Assembly: GCA_043826455.1 (NCBI GenBank)
Contig: JBDRQD010000062.1
Location: 1-30,436 of the forward strand
DNA: 30,436 nucleotides
Reading direction: 5' to 3'
Origin: Candidatus Bathyarchaeota archaeon
GTDB lineage: Archaea > Thermoproteota > Bathyarchaeia > TCS64
The notes under the pieces are model-generated. The model did not search any database. It had not been told where the DNA came from and worked only from the letters and a program-made list of their open reading frames with translations. Positions 1 through 7,845 of the stretch are shown one piece after another (the first letter of the stretch is position 1; each line of letters opens with the position of its first letter). The translations under genes were made by a program, and so were the position numbers.

Positions 1-238
1 CTCCCAGGTATTTACAGTAAATACGTTACTGGGGGTTTTCGGTAAACCTTTTATTCGTACCGGAGAAGTCCCAGAGAGTCTATATGGAGCGGAACCTGAA
101 GCTTGTGTTGAGTCCGTTCCTGGGACTAGGAGTTATATGAGGTTTCTCAATGGTTTGTTTAGCTTGTACTCGTGAGGAGTCATTAATCGCCGGCGAACCA
201 GAGCCCCGACCTCCAATCACCCACGGAGGGGCCGCGAC

Positions 239-514
239 GTGATCGAGGACCCCGCCATTAAGGGCGCTGCACTCAACGACTGCTCGGTGAAAGGCGGAAA
301 ATACGTGGCCAACTGGAGGGTGTCTAAACCTGTGATCAGGGACGAGAAATGCGCCTCATGCGGTCTATGCGTGGCCTACTGCCCTGAGGCCTCTGTGACC
401 CAGGAGGAGAACCACAGGCCCTTAATCGACTACAGGTTCTGCAAGGGCTGCGGTATATGCGCCTACGAGTGCCCCCAGGAGGCAATAGAGATGGTGAAGG
501 AGGATCAGCTATGA
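239..514 (+). CDS. porD: OFOR delta subunit (2x[4Fe-4S] ferredoxin-like), copy 1
   Basis: GTG start with GGAGG at 225-229. Has the motifs CASCGLCVAYCP and CKGCGICAYECP and the W-R-x-x-K-P signature of PorD. Overlaps the next gene by ATGA. Confidence 0.9.
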   Translation: MIEDPAIKGAALNDCSVKGGKYVANWRVSKPVIRDEKCASCGLCVAYCPEASVTQEENHRPLIDYRFCKGCGICAYECPQEAIEMVKEDQL

Positions 515-2610
515 GCCACGAGTTCGACGTGATGCCGGGTAACAAGGCTGTGGCCTACGGCGTGAAGCTGGCACGGGTGGAGGTGGTGCCGGCTTACCCC
601 ATCACCCCCCAGACCACCATCATCGAGTACATAGCAGACTTCGTGGCCAACGGTGAGCTGAAGGCAGAGTACATCCACACGGACGGAGAGCACAGCTGCA
701 TGGGGGCCGCAGTGGGGGCGTCCCTGACGGGAGCCAGGACATTCACGGCCACCTGCAGCCAGGGCCTGGCCTACATGCACGAGATAGTCGCCCAGGCCAC
801 AGGATACAGGACCCCCATGGTGATGGCGGTGGCCAACAGGACCCTGGGATGGTACTGGGCCCTCGGCCCCGACTACAGCGACGTCCAGCCTGAGCTCAAC
901 CTGGGGTGGATAGTGAACTTCGTGGAGAGTAACCAGGAGTGCCTGGACTTGGTGCTTCAGCTCTACAAGGTGGCTGAGGATAGGCGGGTGATGCTGCCAG
1001 CCATGATGAACCTGGACGGCTTCTACCTGAGCTACAGCCACGAGAGGGTGGACATACCGGCCCAAGAGGCGGTGGACGCCTGGCTACCTCCTTACGACGC
1101 GCCATACCCCTTGGACCCCACTGTCAACAACAAGTTCCCGTCAGGGATCATCCCAGCTACTCTGCACACTATGTACCGGCGCTTGTACGAGGAGGTCATG
1201 GAGGACGCCAAGAAGATCATCGCTGAGACGGACCATAGCTACCGTGAAGCCTTCGGCCGCGGCTACGGTGGCCTCATTGAGCGGTACAGGTGCGACGACG
1301 CCGAAGCCCTCATGGTGACCACGGGCTCCATGACAACCGCCACCAGGAGAGCAGTGGACCGGCTGAGGAAGCAAGGCGAGAGAATAGGCTTGGTAAAGGT
1401 CCGGTTCATGAGGCCTTTTCCTACAGAGGAGTTCAGGGAGCTGGCGGGGCAGGTGGAAGCCATAGGCGTGGTGGACAGGATGATCCAGCACGGCACTGGC
1501 GGAGGAATGATCTTCAACGATCTCCGGGCCGCCGTGTGCAACCTGAAGGAGAAGGCACTGGTCATCAACTTCATCACCGGCCTCGGGGGCGAGGACGTGC
1601 CCATAGACGACCTGTACATGATGGGTGAGAAGACCGTGAAGGTGGCGAGCAGCGGGCGCATAGACAAGGAGGTGGAGTTCATAGAGCACCCAGCACCTGA
1701 TCCTGAGAGGCCGGTGGAGGTGCCCAAGCAGGTCATCTACCCCAGCAGCCAGGGCTGCGCCGGCTGCGGAAGCAGCATCATCATCCGCCACGTCCTGGAT
1801 GTGTTGGGCCCGGACACGGTGGTGGTGAACCCCCCAAGCTGCAGCGTCGTCAACTACCCGGGCGTCACCACCAACCCGTGGATACTGGCCAACTTCGCGG
1901 CTGGCGGGGCATACGCCACAGGCGTCTACAGAGCGTTGAAATTCAAAGGCAAAGCAGACAAGGTCTACGTGACGGGGTACGCGGGGGATGGGGGCACAGT
2001 GGACATAGGCCTACAGAGCCTCAGCGGGGCCGCGGAGAGGGGCGAGCCCATCCTATGGATATGCTACGACAACGAGGCCTACATGAACACCGGCATACAG
2101 CGCAGCGGAAGCACGCCCATCTACAGCAGCACAACAAGCACGCCCGCTGGTACGGTTTGGCACGGCAAGCCCACGAAACGCAAGAACATGGCCATGGTCA
2201 TGGCTGCCCATAGGATACCCTACATAGCTACGGCTTCCCTCGCCTACATCCCGGACCTCAGGCGCAAGGTCAAGAGAGCCGCGGAGGTTACCCGATCCGG
2301 GGAGGGCATGGCCTTCATCCACGTGCACCAGCCCTGCTGCACGGGGTGGTACTACCCCCCTGAGATGACAGTGACTATAGGCAGGCTGGCCGTCCAGACC
2401 GGGGCCTGGCCCGTCATGGAGATCGACCACGGGGAGCTGAGGATCAACGTGAAGCCCAAGGAGCTGAAACCCATAGCTGAGTACCTGGGGCCCCAGAGGA
2501 GGTTCGGGCACATGACTGAGGCCCAGACGGCCCACGTGGAGGACATGGTTCAGAAGGAATGGAACTGTCTTCTGGAGCTTGAGCGCCAGGGGAGGCTCCC
2601 CTGGTACTAG
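511..2610 (+). CDS. OFOR with fused alpha and beta subunits, copy 1 (699 aa)
   Basis: ATG at 511 overlaps the porD stop and aligns with the copy 2 N-terminus; the ORF-track start at 457 is probably too long. Alpha motifs: YPITPQ, EHS, FTATCSQGL, RPFP. Beta motifs in the same frame: GCAGC, GDGGTVDIG, YDNEAYMNTGIQRS, QPC. Confidence 0.92.
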   Translation: MSHEFDVMPGNKAVAYGVKLARVEVVPAYPITPQTTIIEYIADFVANGELKAEYIHTDGEHSCMGAAVGASLTGARTFTATCSQGLAYMHEIVAQATGYRTPMVMAVANRTLGWYWALGPDYSDVQPELNLGWIVNFVESNQECLDLVLQLYKVAEDRRVMLPAMMNLDGFYLSYSHERVDIPAQEAVDAWLPPYDAPYPLDPTVNNKFPSGIIPATLHTMYRRLYEEVMEDAKKIIAETDHSYREAFGRGYGGLIERYRCDDAEALMVTTGSMTTATRRAVDRLRKQGERIGLVKVRFMRPFPTEEFRELAGQVEAIGVVDRMIQHGTGGGMIFNDLRAAVCNLKEKALVINFITGLGGEDVPIDDLYMMGEKTVKVASSGRIDKEVEFIEHPAPDPERPVEVPKQVIYPSSQGCAGCGSSIIIRHVLDVLGPDTVVVNPPSCSVVNYPGVTTNPWILANFAAGGAYATGVYRALKFKGKADKVYVTGYAGDGGTVDIGLQSLSGAAERGEPILWICYDNEAYMNTGIQRSGSTPIYSSTTSTPAGTVWHGKPTKRKNMAMVMAAHRIPYIATASLAYIPDLRRKVKRAAEVTRSGEGMAFIHVHQPCCTGWYYPPEMTVTIGRLAVQTGAWPVMEIDHGELRINVKPKELKPIAEYLGPQRRFGHMTEAQTAHVEDMVQKEWNCLLELERQGRLPWY

Positions 2611-2769
2611 CGTTATCCTCGGCTTTACGTAAATACTTTATATATATTATCTGGGCGAAAACCGAAGAGTTATTACTGGAATAATTTCATTCCATTAGAG
2701 TCGTGATGATGAGGGTAACCAAGGTTTCCTCAATGTTCAAAGCGACATCGAGTTATCGAGGAACATGAG

Positions 2770-3333
2770 ATGGTAGATGAGATTAGGCTTCACGGCATGG
2801 GCGGCCAGGGCGTCGTCGCGTGCGGCGAGCTGATAGCAATAGCCGCCAGCTACGAGGACAAGTTCTGCCGGGCTTTCCCCATGTACGGGAGCGCCAGACG
2901 AGGCGCTCCGGTCCTGGCCTTCGCCCAGATAGGGACTGAGGACGAGGCCACCCGCTCCATGATTTATCACCCGGAGTACCTCCTGGTGCTGGACCCACCC
3001 ATGCCCGAGGCCATGGACGTGACCCAGGGCCTCCGGGAGAGGGGGGTCATCATCTATAACACCACCAGGACCCCCGACGAGGCCAAGGGTATATTCAAGA
3101 AGAATATACGCCGCATAGGAGTGTTGGATGCCACGGGGATAGCCGTGGAGATGATTGGGCGGCCCATCCCCAACACGGTGATGCTGGGGGTCTTCGCCAA
3201 GACCACGGGGCTCCTTAAGATGGAGAGCATCTTCAAGGCCATAGACAAACGGTTCCCCCCGAGGTTGTCGGAGCCTAACAAGAAGGCGGCCCAGGCCGGG
3301 TATGATAGGGCCGCTGTGAAGGACTTCAGGTGA
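2770..3333 (+). CDS. porG: OFOR gamma subunit
   Basis: Motifs EIRLHGMGGQG, FPMYGSARRGAPV, LLVLD, DATGIA and PIPNTVMLG are typical of PorG/PorC. Confidence 0.93.
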   Translation: MVDEIRLHGMGGQGVVACGELIAIAASYEDKFCRAFPMYGSARRGAPVLAFAQIGTEDEATRSMIYHPEYLLVLDPPMPEAMDVTQGLRERGVIIYNTTRTPDEAKGIFKKNIRRIGVLDATGIAVEMIGRPIPNTVMLGVFAKTTGLLKMESIFKAIDKRFPPRLSEPNKKAAQAGYDRAAVKDFR

Positions 3334-3614
3334 TGAAAATGGTTCAGGATAGACCGGTAATAAAGGGACTAGTGTTAAACGACATCGCCAACAAGGGCGG
3401 AAAGTACGTGGCAAACTGGAGGGTCTACAAGCCCGAGATCGACCTCGACAAATGTGTGGCCTGCGGCCTGTGCATCTCATACTGCCCGGAGGCGGCTATC
3501 AGCCACCGCGGCGACAAGAAGCCAGAGATCGATTACAGGTTCTGCAAGGGCTGCGGTATATGCGCCTACGAGTGCCCCCAGAAGGCGATAGAGATGAAGC
3601 AGGAGGAAGCGTAG
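3333..3614 (+). CDS. porD: OFOR delta subunit, copy 2
   Basis: Two CxxCxxCxxxCP motifs; paralog of 239..514. Start could be 3330 (GTG), 3333 (TGATG overlap) or 3339. Confidence 0.88.
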   Translation: MKMVQDRPVIKGLVLNDIANKGGKYVANWRVYKPEIDLDKCVACGLCISYCPEAAISHRGDKKPEIDYRFCKGCGICAYECPQKAIEMKQEEA

Positions 3615-5717
3615 ATGCCCCAGGACTTTGACGTCATCCCCGGAAACAAGGCCATAGCCCACGGCGTGAGGCTGGCCCGGGTGGAGGTGGTTCCGGCTTA
3701 CCCCATCACCCCCCAGACCACCATAATCGAGTACATCGCCGACTTCGTGGCCAACGGTGAGCTGGACGCCGAGTACGTGCACACCGAGGGCGAGCACAGC
3801 TGCATGGCGGTCGCCGTCGGGGCGTCCATGGCCGGCGCCAGGACATTCACGGCCACCTGCAGCCAGGGCCTCGCATACATGCACGAGGTGGTGGCTCAGG
3901 CAACCAACTACAGGACACCCATAGTCATGGCGATAGCCAACAGGACCCTGGGCTGGTACTGGAGCCTGGGACCCGACTATAGCGACATCATGCCCGAGAT
4001 GAACCTGGGGTGGCTGGTCAACTTCGTAGAGACCAACCAGGAGTGCCTCGACATGACGCTGATGAACTACAAGATCGCCGAGGACTACCGCGTACTGCTG
4101 CCGACCATGATCAGCCTGGACGGCTTCTACCTGAGCTACAGCCAAGAGAGGGTCTACATGCCCGACATAAAGGAGGTGGACGAATGGCTGCCACCCTACA
4201 AGGCACCCTATCCGGTGGACCCCACCATCAGCAAGGCCTGGCCCAGCGCCGGCATCCCGTTCCAGCTTCACACAACCTACAGGCGGCTTCATGAGGAGGT
4301 CATGGAGGATGCCAAGAAGGTCATCGCCGAGGTGGACAGGAGCTTCGGGGAGACCTTCGGCCGAAGCTACGGCGGATTGGTGGAGAAGTACCGGACCGAT
4401 GACGCCGACAGCGTGCTGGTAACCATGGGCAGCATGACCACGGCTGCCAGGCGGGCAGTGGACAAGCTCAGGAAGGAGGGTGAGAAGATCGGGCTGCTGA
4501 AGCTCAGGTATATGCGTCCCTTCCCCAACGAGGAACTCATAGAGCTGGCCGGCCGGGTGGACAGTATAGGCGTCCTCGACAGGGCGGTTCTCCATGGCAC
4601 CGGCGGAGGTATGGCGTTCCAGGATGTGAAGGCGGCGCTCTACAACACCGACGTCAAGGTGCCTGTGATGAACTTTGTGACCGGCCTTGGGGGTGAGGAC
4701 ATACCCATCGACGACATCTACGTCATGGGCAAGAAGGTGGTGAAGGCAGCCAGGTCGGGGAAGCTGGAGAAGGAGGTCAACTTCGTGGAGCACCCCATGA
4801 CTGGGATGGCTCCGCCGGTGGAGTTCGAGAGCGAGAGCTGTATGTACCCCGGCAGCGACGGCTGCGCCGGCTGCGGTGCCAGCATCATCGTCAGGACCCT
4901 GCTTGACACCCTGGGCCCCAACACCGTGGTCATCAATCCGCCCAACTGCAGCGGGGTCAACTACGGGGGCGTCGTCAAGGTGCCCTGGGTGCTGGCCAAC
5001 TTCGCGGCGGGGGCCGCCTACGAGACGGGCGTCTACAGGGCTCTCAGGAAGAAGGGTAAGGCGGACAAGGTGTACGTTACCAGCTACGCCGGCGACGGAG
5101 GCACGGCGGACATCGGGCTCCAGAGCATAAGTGGCGCGGCGGAGCGCGGCGAGAGCATCATATGGCTGTGCTACGACAACGAGGCCTACATGAACACGGG
5201 CATCCAGAGGAGCGGTACTACGCCCCTGTTCAGCAACACCAGCAGCACCCCCGCGGGCTCGGTGTGGAAGGGCAAGCCCACCAGGCGCAAGAACCTGCTC
5301 ATGATCATGGCGGCCCACAGGATACCCTACATAGCGACTGCGAGCCTAGCATACATCCCTGACCTGAAGCGTAAGATCAAGAAGGCCGCGGAGGTGACGA
5401 GGGCGGGGGAGGGCATGGCGTTCCTCCATGTCCACCAGCCCTGCACCACGGGGTGGTACTTTGAGCCTGAGCAGACTGTGGAGATCGGTCGCCTGGCCGT
5501 CCAGTCGGGGGCCTTCCCGGTCGTGGAGATCGATCACGGCCAGTTCAAGATTAACGTGAAGCCTAAGGAGCTGAAGCCTGTGAAGGAGTACCTGGCGCCT
5601 CAGAGGAGGTTCAGGCACGTCAACGACGAGATGGTGGAGATCATCCAGGGGCATATCAACAATGACTGGGCTGCTCTCTTGAAGATGGAGAAAGAGGGTA
5701 AGCTGGACTGGTACTAG
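3615..5717 (+). CDS. OFOR with fused alpha and beta subunits, copy 2 (700 aa)
   Basis: Same alpha and beta motifs as copy 1 and collinear with it over the whole length. Confidence 0.92.
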   Translation: MPQDFDVIPGNKAIAHGVRLARVEVVPAYPITPQTTIIEYIADFVANGELDAEYVHTEGEHSCMAVAVGASMAGARTFTATCSQGLAYMHEVVAQATNYRTPIVMAIANRTLGWYWSLGPDYSDIMPEMNLGWLVNFVETNQECLDMTLMNYKIAEDYRVLLPTMISLDGFYLSYSQERVYMPDIKEVDEWLPPYKAPYPVDPTISKAWPSAGIPFQLHTTYRRLHEEVMEDAKKVIAEVDRSFGETFGRSYGGLVEKYRTDDADSVLVTMGSMTTAARRAVDKLRKEGEKIGLLKLRYMRPFPNEELIELAGRVDSIGVLDRAVLHGTGGGMAFQDVKAALYNTDVKVPVMNFVTGLGGEDIPIDDIYVMGKKVVKAARSGKLEKEVNFVEHPMTGMAPPVEFESESCMYPGSDGCAGCGASIIVRTLLDTLGPNTVVINPPNCSGVNYGGVVKVPWVLANFAAGAAYETGVYRALRKKGKADKVYVTSYAGDGGTADIGLQSISGAAERGESIIWLCYDNEAYMNTGIQRSGTTPLFSNTSSTPAGSVWKGKPTRRKNLLMIMAAHRIPYIATASLAYIPDLKRKIKKAAEVTRAGEGMAFLHVHQPCTTGWYFEPEQTVEIGRLAVQSGAFPVVEIDHGQFKINVKPKELKPVKEYLAPQRRFRHVNDEMVEIIQGHINNDWAALLKMEKEGKLDWY

Positions 5718-5724
5718 TCTCCAC

Positions 5725-5735
5725 CTTTTTTCTTT
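5725..5735 (+). terminator. Oligo-T tract, putative archaeal terminator of the OFOR operon
   Basis: CTTTTTTCTTT lies 8 nt after the stop codon. Confidence 0.5.
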
Positions 5736-5792
5736 GTTACATGTGGCTTGTTGTTTCTTGTTGCGTGCACGTGGGGGGGAGGGGGGGTCCCT

Positions 5793-5889
5793 TCACCGCC
5801 ACCGCGATTCCCTGTTTTCCGGCTTGTTTTATGGTTTGGGGGCTTTTCCGGGGTTCTTAGGCGGCGGTGATGGTTGGCGGTGTCCGCCG
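5793..5889 (+). repeat. Dispersed non-coding element, copy A, preceded by a G-run at 5773-5787
   Basis: Gapless 82/97 match to the reverse complement of 30240-30336, including exact 27-nt and 20-nt blocks. Confidence 0.9.
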
Positions 5890-6067
5890 CGGGGTGCTGC
5901 TTGTTCGAGGGTGGTCTGTCGGGTGCATGGGGGAATGTGAAAGAAATTTGGGTTGCATTCAACTAAATCGTGTAATGTGATTCGATGGTTACATTTGATG
6001 AGGTTTCGAGTTGGCTGCCGGGAAGCCAAATATTATCTACGGCGCACAACCTCTACAGTGATCCGAT

Positions 6068-7129
6068 TTGCCTAGAAACATGACCAAAGAAGATGTAGAA
6101 GCCCTCGCCATAGGAGGCACCATCCTGGGCGGAGGAGGCGGGGGCTCCCCCGAGGCGGGTAGACGAGAGGGGCTGCTGGCCCTTGAGATAGGTAAGGTGG
6201 AGCTGTGGGGCCCCGACGAGGCCGACCCCGACTGGAAGGTGATAACCAGCGCGGCCCTGGGCGCCCCCACGGAGCCCGGTAACACTAGGCCCATGCACTT
6301 CATCAGGGCGGCGCAGCTGCTTAAGGAGGCCGGCGTCGAGTACCATGGCTTGATCGCTGCTGAGAACGGGGGCCACAACAGCTTCGGCGGCTGGGTGATA
6401 GCCTCGGCCCTGGGGCTGCCCGTGGTGGACGCCCCAGCCGACGGGAGGGCCCACCCCACGGCCATGATGGGCAGCATGGGGCTCCACAGGCTCGACTACA
6501 AGAGCGTCAAGGCGGGGGTGACTGAGGGCAGCGAGGTGCTGGCCTGGGGCAGCCTCCAGTCCACAAGCAACGTGGTGCGGGGCCAGGCCAGGGACATGAA
6601 GGCGCTTGTAGCCATGGCCAGGGACCCCGTTCCCGTGAGCTACGCCAAGGAGCACGGAGCTCCCGGAGCCATATCTATGGCTGTTGAGCTCGGCCGCGTA
6701 CACATGGGGGCCAAGGGGGCCGACGCCAAGGTTAAGGCAGCCACGGAGTTCCTGGGCGGCTCGCTCGTCTGCAAGGCCAAGATATCCAAGAAGGTCTTGG
6801 AGGCCAAGGGCGGCTTCGACGTGGGCTTCATAACCCTGGTCCAGGGTAAGGACGAGTGGGAACTCACCTACGTCAACGAGTACATGACCCTGGAGAAGGG
6901 GGGAAAGAGGCTCGCCACGTTCCCGGACCTCATGACCACCTTCGACGAGAAGGGTGAGCCCGTGACCAGCGCAGCCCTCAGGGAAGGCCAGACAGTGTAC
7001 CTGGTGAACGTGCCCAAGGAGAAGATACTGGTGGGGGACGGAAACAGGTACCCGGAGATGTATAAGGCCGTGGAGGATGCGCTAGGTAAGCCCATGGTGA
7101 AGCACCTGGCGGGATACCTCCGGCCCTAA
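6068..7129 (+). CDS. DUF917 family protein (family includes S-methyl thiohydantoin desulfurase)
   Basis: N-terminal ALAIGGTILGGGGGG, ENGGHN, LGLPVVDAPADGRAHP, GGFDVG, NEYM and ATFPDL fit DUF917. Start is TTG 6068 or ATG 6080. Confidence 0.85.
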   Translation: MPRNMTKEDVEALAIGGTILGGGGGGSPEAGRREGLLALEIGKVELWGPDEADPDWKVITSAALGAPTEPGNTRPMHFIRAAQLLKEAGVEYHGLIAAENGGHNSFGGWVIASALGLPVVDAPADGRAHPTAMMGSMGLHRLDYKSVKAGVTEGSEVLAWGSLQSTSNVVRGQARDMKALVAMARDPVPVSYAKEHGAPGAISMAVELGRVHMGAKGADAKVKAATEFLGGSLVCKAKISKKVLEAKGGFDVGFITLVQGKDEWELTYVNEYMTLEKGGKRLATFPDLMTTFDEKGEPVTSAALREGQTVYLVNVPKEKILVGDGNRYPEMYKAVEDALGKPMVKHLAGYLRP

Positions 7130-7187
7130 CACTTTCTTACATAACCTTTTACCCTCCAGTGACATTAATCAACCAGGTGTTCTGACC

Positions 7188-7388
7188 GTGTCACACGAGA
7201 TTGAGCTTACCCCAGCGGAGCGGAGGATCTACGATCTAGTATGCCAGGGAGACATCATGTGTAAGCAGATCTCTCACCTGGACAGCGGCGCCATACCGAG
7301 CCTCATCCAGAAGGGGCTGGTGGAGGTCTACAGCAGGTCGGTCTCGTCCACCAGGGACAAGCGCCTCAAGTTCCTCAGGAAGCTCTAA
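7188..7388 (+). CDS. Small hypothetical protein, probable winged-helix fold (66 aa)
   Basis: GTG start with an upstream AGGTG and a TATA-like element. Pattern LTPAERRIYDLV...SLIQKGLVEV resembles wHTH domains. Codon usage matches neighbours. Confidence 0.7.
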   Translation: MSHEIELTPAERRIYDLVCQGDIMCKQISHLDSGAIPSLIQKGLVEVYSRSVSSTRDKRLKFLRKL

Positions 7389-7756
7389 GGCTCCTCATCT
7401 TTTTCAGCCACCTCGAAGGGCGTCTCGTGGCTGTACATCCAGGGGGCCGGGGACGGCCTGTTCCGGGAGTAAATCTCCATCAGCCTCGCCCGCAGCTCCA
7501 CGTCTCTTCGGGTGAAGGGTGCGGCCTCCTTCTGGAACATGGTGGCCCTGAACCTTGAGAAGTAGGCGCCCAGGGTGTCCGCCTTGACCAGTATCTCCTG
7601 CCTCGTGTTCTGGTAGATGGATATCTCGTACCTGGATATGCCGGGGAGGTCGAGGCGTCTCACCGTGTACCCTTTGCCCTCCAGCTCGTCAGCCACCACC
7701 TCTATGTCCACGTCATTCCACCACTCATATCGGACGTTTCGGTACTTCTCGGGCAC
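7385..7756 (-). CDS. Hypothetical protein (123 aa)
   Basis: Host-like GC3 codon usage and globular composition. Fills the gap and overlaps the convergent gene by 4 nt. Confidence 0.75.
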   Translation of the reverse strand: MPEKYRNVRYEWWNDVDIEVVADELEGKGYTVRRLDLPGISRYEISIYQNTRQEILVKADTLGAYFSRFRATMFQKEAAPFTRRDVELRARLMEIYSRNRPSPAPWMYSHETPFEVAEKDEEP

Positions 7757-7845
7757 CCAGAAACCACTGATGATCAGTGCCGGGGGGAAGTTTATTTAGG
7801 TTCCCCGGCGCGGGTTGTTTAAGTCAGGTACGGTGGGGTGAGAGG

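Noticed and set aside
2703..2712. GTGATGATGA as the C box of a C/D sRNA
   Set aside because: No CTGA D box at a suitable distance downstream.
3477..5318. Long antisense ORFs (also 18937-20013, 21060-21992, 24387-25247, 14222-15028)
   Set aside because: These are shadows of high-GC3 genes on the opposite strand or frame and carry no recognisable motifs.
5773..5889. Repeat as a CRISPR array, DGR template/variable pair or ORB replication origin
   Set aside because: No regular spacers or cas genes, no reverse transcriptase, mismatches not confined to adenines, no TTCCAGTGGAA ORB core, no AT-rich unwinding element and no cdc6 in the window.
5714..6029. Short ORFs across repeat copy A
   Set aside because: Their composition reflects nucleotide skew, and the shared HRHRDSLFSG peptide with 30210-30407 only mirrors the DNA repeat. 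Starts and stops are not conserved.
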